From the NCBI GenBank assembly GCA_964016885.1, contig OZ024741.1, positions 60,202,001 through 60,266,000 of the forward strand: a stretch of DNA of 64,000 nucleotides. The letters run 5' to 3'. Below the pieces are notes generated by a model. It searched no databases. It was not told the DNA's origin and saw only the letters and a program-made list of their open reading frames with translations. A program made the translations under genes and the position numbers. Positions 10,555-23,549 of this stretch are shown piece by piece. The DNA is from Eledone cirrhosa. Lineage: Eukaryota. The first letter of the stretch is position 1. Every line of letters starts with the position of its first letter.

Positions 10555-13500
10555 TTACAGATATATACTCAGAGTAGGCCCATTCACTCGGGCCATTCTT
10601 GCTTCTCTCACCCATCTTTCAACAAAATGCTGGGAAGAGAGCACTTCCCTCTCTACTCTGATTTTCCTTTTCAAATGAAATTTGAAAAAGTCAATCAGAG
10701 CATCACCGAAGAGGTAAGTGCTCGTCTTCAGCCCTTTCAAACGTGTCCACCATACTATCTGTTTCGCCATGGCCACCAGACAGATAAAAACTTCCTGCCC
10801 TTCCCGGCTAAAGGAGGTGGGCGGGGCAATCCTCACGATGGACTCAGATGATAGCCGGATCCGTCCTAAACGCGACAGCAGGTGTTCGACATAAACCCAC
10901 AAGTCAGCAATTTTCGGAAACTGGACGAGTGCGTGCAGGACGGTTTCGTCGCCCTGCGCGCATCTCGGACATGCCCGGCTGACGGCACCTCCATGCCTGT
11001 AGAGTTTATCACGAACTGGCAAGGCTCCACGGTAGCACTGCCAGGCCAGAGATTTCTGGAAGTTGTCCATAGGCCCTGGCCCGAAAGTTCTTCCGAAGAG
11101 ATTGGCTAGTTGATTTTCCTCGACGCCTAGAGTTTCCCCAAGTACGTCGTCGCTCTTCCCCTCCACTAATCCTCTATAGAACGCCGAGGTGGAGTTTCCA
11201 CCGATCACATTGCCCGATTGGTCGAGGGCTGTGAGCGCCTGAAGACATTCCAGTCTCCAGGCGCTCCCTCTCGGTCTTCGCTTGACCCAGGACTGCAGCT
11301 CCGTCAAGGAAACGAGCTGGGGAAAAACGCGTCTAGCAAACGGCGACCACACCTGATCATCGTCGAGGAAGAGGTGGAGATGTCGTAGCCTGAGCGCGTG
11401 CCTGCGCATCATCATCCACGGCATGCCCAGCCCTCCACGTAGCGGGTGTTGACAACAGATGGACCGCCTGACCATCGGAGCACGTCCCTTCCACAAAAAG
11501 CGAAAGAGCAAACGCTCCAGCGCAGTCAGGCGAGGCTTAGGACAAGGTACGACGGTTAGGCGGTAGCAGATGACAGACGCGATGTACGCGTTAGCCACCT
11601 CCGCTCGACCTTTCAGGGATAGCTTCCTCTCCGCCCATTTCTGGGTGAGAGAAGCCACCCTGCTCGTCACCTCGTCCCAGTTTTTGTCCGTCTGGAGGTC
11701 CGGACCGAACCAGACCCCTAGCAATTTAACCGGTCCGTCCGTCCAGGGCCCGACGACGCTGTTGGACGGCATGGACCTGCCTCTCCAGGTGCCGAGCTGC
11801 AGGCCCACCGACTTTTCCTGGTTGATCATTGCTCCTGTCACCGCTTCGTATTCTCTTAGTGTAGTGCCGATCGCCTCGATGTGTTTGGCGTTCGACACCA
11901 CTACGGTGACATCGTCCGCATATGCTGACACGGATCTTCCACATCCTAGTTCGCGCGGGACTCCCCTCAACGTCTCCAGTTTGTGCAGTAATGGCTCGAG
12001 AGTCAATACGTACAAGAGGGACGAGAGGGGACATCCTTGGCGGACCGAGCGCATGATGTTGAACGGTTCCGACAGGTGACCGTTCACTCTCACCACAGAG
12101 CAGATGTCGCTGTGCATGGCAGCGATCCAGCCTCTGAAGACGGGCCCAAAGACAGCCGCCCTCAGGACGGCCGCTAGGTAACGATGGCCGACCCTATCGA
12201 AAGCTTTCGACTGATCTAAATTGATCAAGGACCCACCCGTGCCAGGTTCCTTAGCTACCCTCTCTATGATGTATCACATGAGGTGGAGGTTGTCGTGGAT
12301 GGATCTGTCGGGAATGGCGCATGTCTGCGCCTCTCCCACCAGACCACCAACGACAAGCGCCAACCTCTTTGCTAGCACCTTGGCCAAAATCTTGAACTCT
12401 GTGTTTAGCAGAGTTATGGGCCGGAAATTGTCTATGTTATCCCCCTTGTTCGGATCCTTTCTCAGCAGTGCCACCGCTCCTCGGCTCACAGAACTGGGAA
12501 TTCTCCCGTTCTGTTGCCAGTTGCAGTAGACGTCCGCCAAGAGGCCTCCGAACAAGTCTGGCATCGGTACGTAAAGTTCATAGTGCAGACCATCCAAACC
12601 AGGCGATTTACCCCTTGTGCAGCCAGTCATTGCCTCCCTTACTTCAGCGGCTGATATCGGCTTTTTGCAACACCTCGCCTCAGTGGCCGAGAGCCGCGGC
12701 AGTCCGTCGAGGTAGACACTAAAGTCCATCCCTCTACCCGGCCCACCGCTGCCCCCGAACAGCTGAGCGAAGTGTCGCTGAAAAGCTTCACACATTTGCC
12801 CGGGATCGAGTAGCATGCGCCCGTCGTGGTCCTCCAAAGACCGGATCGTGGGTTTGTTGCCACGACGCGCCTCCGCCACTCGGGCCCATTGAACGGCTTT
12901 CGTCCCCTCGTGTCTGAGAGCACGCACCCTAGCTCTGACAACGCAGCCTTCGTGCTTTGCATCGAAGAATTGGTCAAGGGCCAATTTCGCCGCAAGTACG
13001 TCGGTCGCGATGCCTTTGCTAAGCGCCTCGTTTAATTTTCTATTTAGTTCTCCCTCTGCTCTATTTTTCTCTATTGCTAAAGCCTTACTAAACCTAATGG
13101 ACTCTATTCTAATCGCTCTTTTCAGAGATAACCACCAATTGTTGTTGACGATGGCCCCCGTCAACGCCCGCTTAACTTGTTTGATAATCCGGTCTTTGTA
13201 GGCCTTGCGCGCTGGTAAGGACGCGTTTAGCTTCCAGTAGCCGGGTCCTCGTCTATGAAGCCTATCTAAGTCAAACACACAGATCACGAATTTATGGTCC
13301 GTGTAGCTGACTATCTTGAATTGTGGACAGCCGATGCTAGACCTATATATTTCCCTACAAAATACTTTATCTAGATATGATCTGGATGACCCGAAGCGAT
13401 TTGTCAAAGTCCACATTGGCACATTCGGGAAATCCAATCGGTACCTCTCAGACAGTTCAAAACGCCTGAGCAGGTTGGTGAGGCTCTTACACCCTCCTCC

Positions 13501-13974
13501 CCTATCCTCTAATCCCACACAGTCCCAGCGTGTATCCAAGATCCCGTTCTAGTCGCCCACTAACACTAAAGAGCGGGACGTTCCAAGAAAGATTTCCAGA
13601 CGCCGGAAGAAATCAGGCCGCCCTGCTCCTGTCGGGGCATAGATGCCCACTAGCCTGAAAGCTTTCCCGTCTCCGCTGGTCACGTCTAGCACCACCAAAT
13701 TACCTTCTGGGTTCAGGAAGATGGCCCGTATGGTGAGATCCAAACCTCTCCGAAAAAGCACAGCAACTCCTCCACCCGATCCAGGACGTCTGGGAGATGC
13801 GTACACATCGTAGCCGCGGAAGATCGGTGCGAAGGCCCGTGCTTCGGAGATTCTGGTCTCGCTGATGGCCACTACATCTATGTTTAGTGACCTGAGGTCG
13901 TTGAGCAGGTGACCCTGCTTCCATGACGACCCCAAGCCACGCGCATTTATGCTGCCTATTCTGAGTGAGGTCAT
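10555..13974 (-). pseudogene. Tx1 ORF2 (APE endonuclease plus RT), two in-frame stops
   Basis: Three same-frame ORFs: SINARGL/AISET/LVGD, KSPGLDG/FRPITLLN, DQSKAFDRV/VRQGCPLS/AYADD, CPRC..ETVLHAL; stops at 13549 and 12274. Confidence 0.93.
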
Positions 13975-14009
13975 GTTTAAAATAGAGTGGAAAAGATGGG
14001 AAAGACCAC

Positions 14010-16107
14010 TTACCGTACTTTTGGTAGAGGAGGGATGGTTTTTACATCCCTTTTCACTTGATCGTCTGGTAAAGGGACCGTTGAATCGTCCCTTCGGCTG
14101 GTCGTCGGCTCTTCTAAGAGAATGTCTGAGTATACTCTTCGATTGATGGTTCCTCCTAGGTCCCTGAAATCACCAACTGCGTTGGGGAATTTCGTTTTAA
14201 TGTTTGTGTATTGTTTCTGTGCTATTTTTAGCAGTCTTATGTTAGTTGGCGTTTTGATTGGTGCTGGTATTATGTAGTCCTGTTGTGAAATGTCTGTGTG
14301 TTCAATTATGTAAGTCATTAGTTTCTTGTTGTGTGTATTTATTGCCGTGCATTTGTTTTTCTGGGGGTGGGGTGTGGTTCTGCTATTTTCTTGTCGTTGT
14401 TGCTGGGTGTGTGTGTTTTGTTGTTGTGTTTGCGATGTTGGTGCTTGTGGTGGTGGTGTTAAAGGTGTTGTTGGCGGTGGGGTTGTCGCCGGTGGTGATG
14501 GTGGTGCTAGTGTGGGTGGTGATGGTGTTGGTGTTGTTGCTGCTGTGGGTCTCTTTGCAGTAGACTTTACCCTTTTCTCATTTCTTTCCTCCCTTTTCAA
14601 AGGCGACGATGCGCTGCTTCTGCGTTTGTGCCTTCTTACGACCTTTTGCCATCCCTCTCCCACCTCACACTCCATGTCTGATTCTGTGAGGTCGGGTAGG
14701 GGTACCAGCTCCACTCTTTCACTTGTTGTTGTTGGTGATGTTTGCACTGGAGTCTCTGTTGCAGCTGCATTTGGTATTGCTGTTGTTGTTGTTAATATTT
14801 CCACTGCTGCTGCTGTTTTTGATTTCCGTGGAGTGGGTATGGGTGCCACGGACCTATCGTTCCTGGTTGCCGCTTGTCCTGTTGCTGGTAGCCGTGGAGC
14901 CGGATTCGGAAGGAGGGGGGTTTTCTCCTTTCTCAGGGTCTTCTCGTTGCAGAAGGCCCTGAGGTGAGTCTTCGATCCACAGCGAAAGCATTTCGGGCGT
15001 TTGCCCTCAACACTTATGGGCAGTTGAGTGCCGTTATCGAAGTCTATCACATCCGGGATAGCTTCGATGCACTCCTGGTTGGTTTGGATTAGCATCTCAA
15101 TGGAGGAGCCGACCCAATCTTCTCTTACTTTTTTCTGTACATGCAGTACAGTTGTTTTGTCCTCGATTCCGACGAGGACAGACGCTGCCAGCCAAGAAGG
15201 GGTCATTCCGGGGGGGGACGTGGGTCAGTTTGACCCTCACAATTTTTTGCCCGCAGTAGGAGGGCACCAACACCATTTCCTCGCTCCTTAGGGTCACTAC
15301 TGATTGGGCCTTTGCCTCCTGGGGTGTGGCAAAAAGTTCGTCTACGGTGGCATATTTTTTGCCTCGGGTGATGTGCGTTTTCCGCTGCCAAACAGACCCC
15401 AAGGCTTTTTGTATTTGGGCCTCTGTGGCTCTTTCCACCCTACGGGATTTTGTACTTACTGTACGGTACGTGACCGTACAGTGCTCTTGGGCTTCGAAAA
15501 ATTTTTCCGCTGCCTTGCAGATTTCTCGGTGTCCTTTCTTTGTCACCATCTTCTTCGCTTCCTCTAATTCCTCATTTGTTATGAGGATTGTTTCCAAGTT
15601 TTTCGCAATACCTGCAAATGAGATTGGTTTTTCTCTGCTGTTGTTGTTGTCGTCAGAGCTGCTGGTACTTTTGTTGTTGCTGCAGGTACTACGACTACTG
15701 CCTCCGCCGCTGTTGCTGTGGTTGTTGTTGGTGTTGCTGCTGCTAATGCTGTTGTTGTTTATGCTGCTGGTGATGCTGTTGCGGCTGCTACTGTTGTTTT
15801 CATTGTCACTGTTGCTGTTGTTATTACGGCTGCTACTGCTATTATTCCTGACGTCAGACGAATGAACTGGGTTTTCGTATTTCCCGCACACCTGTTTCGT
15901 CGCTGTCGTCGTAGTCGTGGAGAAACCTTGCACGCTTTGCACGAGACTTTTCTTTTCTTTCGTCACTTGCGAAAGAGAAGGGAGGGAGAGAGACACATTT
16001 AAAGAAGGGAGGGAGAGAGACAATCTTCTCTCTGCTGTAGTGATGATTGAGGAAGAAGAAGACGGAATGAGTGGGAGTGACGTATGAAATTTCTTTTTCG
16101 TAGCCAT
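14010..16107 (-). pseudogene. Tx1 ORF1 (Gag-like, CCHC zinc knuckle), one frameshift
   Basis: ORFs 15097-16107 and 14010-15206 joined at the G-run 15209-15218; CFRCGSKTHLRAFC; Asn/Ser and Thr/Pro-rich tracts. Confidence 0.88.
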
Positions 16108-16347
16108 GTTGTTTTTTGTTTAAAATGAAATTTTGGGTACAAAACCCCAATAACTGGTTATTTAACCCCGAAGGGCCAAATAACGGACAGAAAGACCCCT
16201 CTCACGAGGAGGAGGGTGTCTTTATCAACAATTTGATTCAAGTTTTAAACAATTTACAATTGTTTTAACGGTTAAAAATTACTATACCTTACAGAGCCGA
16301 GCCTCCGTCAACCATGGCATTCAATAATAATAATAATAATAATAATA

Positions 16348-16533
16348 ATTGTTTCTACTTTTGGCACAAGGCCAGCAATTATCCCAGTGCATTACTGGTA
16401 CTTTATTTTATCGACCCGTAAGGATGAAAGGCAAAGTTAACCTAGGCGGGATTTGAACTCAGAATAACAAGGGCCGTAACTCTATGCATCAAAGCATGGC
16501 GTCCAACCCTCTACCGATACTGCCAATTCACCA
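16348..16533 (-). mobile_element. tRNA-derived SINE family A, full length
   Basis: Same family; B box gagttcaaatc; (ATT)n tail at 16323-16348. Confidence 0.9.
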
Positions 16534-16560
16534 ATATTAATAATAATAATAATAATTATT

Positions 16561-17272
16561 ATGCCGTGTATGTAAAAAACAACCAGAGACCATTGATCAT
16601 ATAATTTCAATGTGCAGTCCTATAGCTCCAACCGAATACCTAAACAGGCATGACAGAGCTGCACAATACATACATTGGATAATGTGTAAGCATTTTGACC
16701 TGCCCCATCAAAAGAATTGGTGGGAGCATCAACCACCTCCCATACTTGAAAAAGATGACATCTCAATCTTGTGGAACGTTAGCATCCAAACAGACGGAAA
16801 AATAGATGCAAATAGACCTGATATAATACTGAAGGACTTTAAAAAGAGGGTATGCCTGCTAATTGATATGTCCGTTCCAATAGACAAGAATGTATCTATA
16901 AAAACATTTGAAAAATTGAGAAAGTATAAGGACCTGGAGATAGAAATTGGAAAAATGTGGAAATTGAGAACTAAAAAAATACCAGTGGTTGTAGGCGCTC
17001 TAGGAATGATACCTAAGGGGTCTAATGATTACTTATCGCAAATGCCAGGAAACCCGCGTATAGGAGAAATACAAAAAATAGTACTAATGGGAACTGCCCA
17101 TATACTAAGGAAGATTCTGTCAATATAAGTACATCACAAGTCTAAATACCTAAAGATGCATGTGTGTGTATGTATGTTCTTTCTTGAACAAGGCAGACCT
17201 TGTTGTCTCTTGAGGTCACTGGTTGTGACTTGGTGATAACTCGTATGAACATAAAGCAAGACAAATGCAATA
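16561..17272 (+). mobile_element. 5'-truncated R4/Dong-type LINE (CCHC plus restriction-like endonuclease)
   Basis: CRVC..ETIDHIISMC, RHD, RPD, LIDMSVP, KYKDL, VVGALG in ORF 16610-17128; 3' UTR followed by (AAT)n. Confidence 0.9.
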
Positions 17273-17286
17273 GTAATAATAATAAT

Positions 17287-20200
17287 TATTTCTTTATTTA
17301 CCACAAGGGTTTACATAAAGTAGACATTAAGGACAGTACAGGACAATACAGGACGGTACAAATTGACATTTCTGCGTGTAAAAAACAAAAACAGAGGATG
17401 TAACAAAAAAAAATAACAATGAAAAATTCCCCAATACGGGGGGAGACTTCCGAGGTACATTCGTGAAGAAAGCCCATTAAAAAGCAACAGTGACCCTGAC
17501 CACCAGGGCAAGTGCCGTCTCCCAGTTTTCCACCTTTAATTTACAGACACATACTCAGAGTAGGCCCATTCACTCGGGCCATACTTGCTTCGTTCACCCA
17601 TCTTTCAACAAAATGCTGGGAAGAGACGACTTCCCTCTCTACGCTAATTTTCCTTTTCAAATGAAATTTGAAAAGGTTAATCAGGCCATCACCGAAGAGG
17701 TAAGTGCTCGTCTTCAGCCCTTTCAAACGTGGCCACCATATTATCTCTTTCGCCATGGCCACCAGACAGATAAAAGCTTCCTGCCCTTCCCGGCTAAAGG
17801 AAGAGGGCGGGGCAATCCTCACGATTGACTCAGCTTATAGCTGGATCCGTCCTACACGTGACAGCAGGTGTTCGACATAAACCCACAAGTCAGCAATGCT
17901 CGGACACTGGACGAGTGCGTGCAGGACGGTTTCGTCGCCCTGCGCGCATCTTCGACATGCCCGACTGACGGCACCTCCTTGCTTGTAGAGTTTATGCCCA
18001 ACTGGCAAAGCTCCTCGGTAGCACTGACAGGCCAGGGATTTCTGGAAGTTGTCCATAGGCCCCGGCCCGAAAGTTCTTCCGAAGAGATTGGCTAGTTGAT
18101 TTTCGTCGATGCCTAGAGTTTCCCCAAGTATGTCGTCGCTCTTCCTCTCCACTAATTCTTTATATAACGCCAAGGTGGAGTTTCCGCCGATCACATTGCC
18201 AGATCGGTCGAGGGCTGTGAGCGCCTGAAGACATTCCAGTCTCCAAGCGCTCCTTCTCGGTCTTCGCTTGACCCAGGACTGCAGCTCCGTCAGGGAGACG
18301 AGCTGGTGAAAGACGCGTCTAGCAAACGGCGACCACACCTGATCACCGTCGAGGAAGAGGTGGAGATGTCGCAGCTTGAGTGCGTGTCTCCGCATCATCA
18401 GCCACGGCATGCCTAGCCCTCGACGTAGCGAGTGTTGACAGTAGATGGAACGCCTGACCATCGGAGCGCGTCCCGTCCACAAAAAGCGAAAGAGCAAACG
18501 CTCCAGCGCAGTCAGGCGGTAGTAGATGACGGACGTGATGTACGCGTTAGCCACCTCCGCTCGACCTTACAGGGATAGCTTCCGCTCCGCCCATTTCTGG
18601 ATGAGAGAAGCCACCCTGCTGGCAGCTCGTCACAGTTTTTGTCCGTCTGGAAGTCCGTACCGAACCAGACACCTAGCAATTTAACCGGTCCGTCCAGCGC
18701 CCCACGACGCTCTTAGACGGCATGGGCCTGCCTCTCCAGGTGCCGAGCTGCAGGCCTACTGACTTATCCTGGTTGATCATTGCTCCTGTCACCGCTTCGT
18801 ATTCTTTTAGTGTAGTGCCGATCGCCTCAATGTGTTTGGCGTTCGACACCACTACGGTGACATCGTCGGCATATGCTGACACGGATCTTCCGCATCCTAG
18901 TTCGCGCGGAACCCTTCTTAACGTCTCCAGTTTGTACAGTAATGTCTCGAGAGACAATACGTACAAGAGAGGACATCCTTGGCGGACAGAGCGCATGATG
19001 TTGAACGGTTCCAAAAGCTGACCGTTCACTCTCACCAGAGAGCAGATGTCGCTGTGCATGTCTGCGCTTCTCCCATCAGACCACCAACGACAAGCGGCAA
19101 CCTCTTTGCTAGCACCTTGGCCAAAATCTTGAACACTGTGCTTAACAGAGGTATGGGCCTGAAATTATCTATGTAATCCCCCTTGTTCGGATCATTTCTC
19201 AGCAGTGCCACCGCTCCTCGGCTCACAGAGCTGGAAATTCTCCCGTTCTGTTGCCAGTTGCAGTAGACGTCCGCCAAGAGGCCTCTGAACAAGTCTGGCA
19301 TCTGTACGTAAAGTTCATAGGGCAGACCATCCAAACCAGGCGATTTACCCCTTGTGCAGCCAGTCATTGCCTCCCGTACTTCAGCGGCTGTTATCGGCTT
19401 TTCGCAGCACTCCGCCTCAGTGGCCGAGAGACGCGGCAGTCCGTCGAGGTAGAGACTAAAGTCCGTCCCTCAAACTGGCCCGCCGCTGCCCCCGAACAGC
19501 TGAGCGAAGTGTCGCTGAAAAGCTTAACACCTTTTCCCGGGAAAGTAGCCTTACTAAACCTAATGGACTCTATTCTAATCGCTCTCTTTTCAGAGCAAAC
19601 CACCACTTGTTGTTGACGATGACCCTCGTCAACGCCCGCTAAACTAGTTCGCTAATCCGGTCTCTGTAGGCCTTGCGCGCTGGTAAGGATGCGTTTAGCT
19701 TCCAGTAGTCGGGTCCTCGTCTATGAAGCCTATCTAAATCAAGCACTCAGATCACGAATTTGTGGTCCGTCTAGCTGACCATCTTGAATTGTGGACAGCC
19801 TATGCTAGACCTATCTCTTTCCCTACAAAATACTCTATCTAGATATGATCTGGATGACCCTATGCGATTTGTCCAAGTCCACATTGGCACATTCGAGAAA
19901 TGCAATCGGTACCTGTCAGACAGTTCAAAACGCCTGAGCAGGTTGGTGAGGCTCTTGCACCCTCCTCCCTATCCGCTAATCCCACACAGTCCCCATTCCA
20001 GTCGCCTACCAACACTAAAGAGCGGGGCGTTCCAATAAAGGTCTCCAGACGCCGGAAGAAATCAGGTAGCCCTGCTTCTGTCGGGGCATAGACGGCTACT
20101 AGCCTGAAAGCTTCCCCGTCTCCGCTGGGCACGTCCAGCACCACCAACTTACCTTCTGGGTCCAGGAAGATGGCCCGTATGGCGAGATCCAAACCTCTCC

Positions 20201-22610
20201 TAAAAAGCACAGCAACTCCCCACCCCGATCCAGGACGGCTAGGAGATGCGTACACACCGTAGCCGCCGAAGATCGGTGCGAAGGCCCGTGCTTCGGAGAT
20301 TCTGGTCTCGCTGATCGTCACTATATCTATGTTTAGTGATCTGAGGTCGTTGAGCAGGTGGCCCTGCTTCCATGACAGACCCCAATCCACGCGCATTTAT
20401 GCTGCCTATTCTGAGTGAGGTCATGTTGAAATGGAATGGAAAAGATGGGAAAGACCACTTACCTTACTTCTCGTAGAGGAAGGATGGTTTCTCCATCCTT
20501 TTCACTGCTTGTGGCCACCTCCGGAAGGATGTCCTTATAAATCCTACTGTAGAGTGATTGTCGGAAGTCTCCTATGTCTTTGGGGAATTTTCGTTTTAGT
20601 GTCGTGTACGTTTTCTCTGTGATGCGAGTGATTTGTATGTGTGGAGGTGGTGTGAACTTTTGGGGTGTTGTGTAGTAATTTCCTGTGATGCTGGTGTTGT
20701 GTTGGATGTAGTGTAATAATTGGTTGGTGTTCAAATTTAATGGTGTGCAATGTGTATCGTTTTGGTTGTTTTGTTTTGTTTGCGTTTGTTGAGGGTTTGT
20801 TTCTGTTTCGCTTTTTGGTGACTTTTGTGGTGTTGATGATGGTGGTGTTGGGGTTAATGATGGTGATGGTGTTGGTTTTTGTGGTGATGGGGTTGGTGAT
20901 GCTGGTGTGGATGGTGGCATAGCTGTCCTAACCTTTTTGTTTGATAGTTTATTTGTTTCCCTCTGTATTTTGTTTTTGGAGGGGGAAGGAAGAGCATTTT
21001 TTTCTTTTTGGGCTTCTTTTTCTTTTTTTCTTTTTTCCTGATACAGTTTCCCACTCCTCGTTGTCACAATCTGTCTCCACTTGCGATACGTCGGGGAGTA
21101 GAAAATCCTCCACAGGCGTTGGTTTTGGTTGTGGCGTGGTGGATGGTGGAGGCGCTGGTGCTAGTTCTGGCGCGATGAGTGGTGGTGGTGATGGTTTTGC
21201 TACTGTTGCTGGGGTTGTTGCTGCTACAGTTGCTTCTGTTGTAGCTGCTACAGTTGTTGCTGCCAGATGGTTGAGTCACTAGAATAGGTAAGGGAGGTGG
21301 CCTCAACTGTTTAGCCTGAGGGCAGAAAGCCTTTAGGTGGGTTCCTTCACCACAAACGGCACACCCAGGCCTTCTACCCCCGACGATTACGGTGAGGGGG
21401 CTGCCGTTAGTGAGGTCTATTACCTCTGGGATTTACTCAACTTTTTATTGGTCCGCTTGGATCAGGAGCTCCATCCCAGATCCGGACCAGTTCTCCTGCT
21501 TTTCTTTTGATATTTCAATTATTTTGGTGTTAGCCTCGATGCCGGCGAGGACGGCAGCTATTAGCCAGGGATTTTCGTTGGCCGGTGGAACGTGGGTCAC
21601 CCTGATCTTCACGAGTCTCTGGCCAAAAAAGCTTAGGACGAGTGTGAAGTCATCGCTTCTTAATGGGGATATGGAGTGCTCTCTGGTCTCCTGTGGTGTT
21701 CCAAAGAACACCTTCACGGTTCCATATTTCTGCCCACGTCTGATGTGGGTTTTTTTCGCCAACACATGTCCCAAAGCTTTTGGGATTTGGGACTCGGATG
21801 TCCGTTCCACTCGGCGCGATTTTCTGTTAATCGTCCGATAAGACACGGTGCATAGGCGCCGATGCTCCATTTTATTATGCGTTGGGGTGAGTCTGACCTT
21901 GTACCCATCTTTCTTTACCATTCTCTTGGCTTTATTTAATTTCTCCTGAGTTACCTCGATTGTTTCGCATTTTTTGGCTGCTTTGGCAAACGACACATTT
22001 GCGGTGGTGTTGGTGTTTTTGTTGTTATTCTCATTGTTGTTGTTGCTGTTGTTTTTATTGTTATTTTTGTTATTGTTATTTTTAGTTTCAGTTGTTGTTC
22101 AGTGATGTTCGGTGTGGAAGAATCGATTCTGGGTGAATCCATTTCGATGTCACGAGATAATTTAATTTTTTCTTTTGTTTCTGTTGTCGCTGTAGTGGTG
22201 GTGCGGGTGGCAGCTTTAACACCTACAGTGTTTGGTAATGGCGGGAAATGAATGTCTGCATGAGACAAATTTAAATTAATGCTACTGCTTATATTTTTAG
22301 TGTTGGCAAGCGTAGTAATATTTACAATGGTGGTTTTGGTGTGAGTGTTAGTTTGTGAGGAAAGCTGTCAGCCTTGTGTGGCTGTGAGTCGTCCATGATT
22401 TTTTCAAATAAATTTTTGGTTTGATAATTATAAAAGTTTAAATTTTGGGCTCAAGGCCCCAATCTTTTTGAGTGTCCTTTTCCGAAAATAATATATGTGA
22501 ACTTATAAACACTTAACAACAAAAATGTTCGATAAATGGCAATTTGAAACAACTGAAAATAACAAAACTTTGCGGAGCTCACGATAATACGATTTTCTAC
22601 GTAGGTCGCC
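17287..22610 (-). mobile_element. Tx1/L1-clade LINE copy 2, internally deleted, divergent ORF1
   Basis: 3' UTR and ORF2 closely match 10293-13974; deletions near 18515, 19058 and 19542; ORF1 fragments 20459-22268; (AAT)n at both ends. Confidence 0.93.
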
Positions 22611-22647
22611 AATAATATTAATAATAATAATAATATTAATAATAATA

Positions 22648-22895
22648 AATGATTACTTATCGCAAATCCCAGGGAACCCGCGTATAGGAGAAATACAAAA
22701 GATAGTACTAATGGGAACTGCCCATATACTAAGGAGGATTCTGTCAATATAAGTACATCACAAGTCTAAACACTAAAGAGGCATGTGTGAGTATGTATGT
22801 TCTTTCTTGAACATGGCGGACCTTGTTGTCTCTTGAGGTCACTTGTTGTGGCTTGGTGATAACTCGTATGAACATAAAGCAAGATAAATGCAACT

Positions 22896-22897
<2 letters not shown>
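22648..22897 (+). mobile_element. Second 3' fragment of the Dong-type family at 16561
   Basis: Near copy of 17025-17272, followed by (AAT)n 22897-22967. Confidence 0.9.
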
Positions 22898-22946
<49 letters not shown>

Positions 22947-22984
22947 TTAATAATAATAATAATAATACACTATATAGAACAGCC

Positions 22985-23520
22985 AAACTCACCAACACCA
23001 GAAACTAGATACACCACCCACCCCATCACCTGTGTACACTAAACCACCACTGCTCACTACGGCCATCATTACAACCATTATCCCATCACTGCCGCCACCA
23101 CTCCTTCACTCCTTCACTGCTACCACCGCTACAGCACCATCACTACAGTAATACGGTCACATCGCCGCCACCACTGCCTCGGTATCGACATCACCACCAC
23201 CACTGTCTCAGTATCGCTACCGCCGCCAGTCTCCCACTTCCTTTAGCTGGCTGCTGCCACCACATTATAGAATCCCTACTGCTAAAAAAGAGGAAGGCAT
23301 CAAAATATATAGATAGACTCAAAAGAAAAAAGAAAAAACAAACAACAAAACCAAAGCAGCACAGCAACAACAGCAAAAAACGAGAAAAACAAACAGAGAA
23401 AAACAAAAACAAAAAAAAAAAAACCCCAAAAAACGTAAAGAAAATAAGAATGAAGAGAGAAGCAGGCGGACGGACAGAGAAGAGGGGGGAAAAACTAAAA
23501 CTTAAAAAACAAAAACTAAG
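22985..23520. repeat. Low-complexity (ACC)-rich then A-rich tract
   Basis: Degenerate cac/acc triplets followed by caaaa/gaaaa runs. Confidence 0.7.
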
Positions 23521-23549
23521 TCAGACATTCGAACACTACATTACAATGA

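Larger units (their letters stand above)
10293..16320 (-). mobile_element. Tx1/L1-clade LINE, full-length copy 1
   Basis: 5' UTR, ORF1 with CCHC knuckle, ORF2 APE-RT-C-terminal Cys motif, 3' UTR ending aataaagaaatc(att)n; flanked by (AAT)n at both ends. Confidence 0.95.

Noticed and set aside
10504-22268. Many plus-strand ORFs over the Tx1 copies, and minus-strand ORFs over the Dong and RTE elements
   Set aside because: Antisense shadows of GC-richer retroelement ORFs with no motifs of their own.
17025-22897. LTR pair or giant TSD around Tx1 copy 2 (17025-17272 and 22648-22897)
   Set aside because: Both are 3' ends of a Dong-type LINE with their own (AAT)n tails and multiple differences; independent insertions are simpler.
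10067-22967. Repeat-spacer pattern suggestive of a CRISPR or integron-like array
   Set aside because: Repeats are variable-length microsatellites, the spacers are retroelements, the DNA is eukaryotic and there are no cas or integrase genes.
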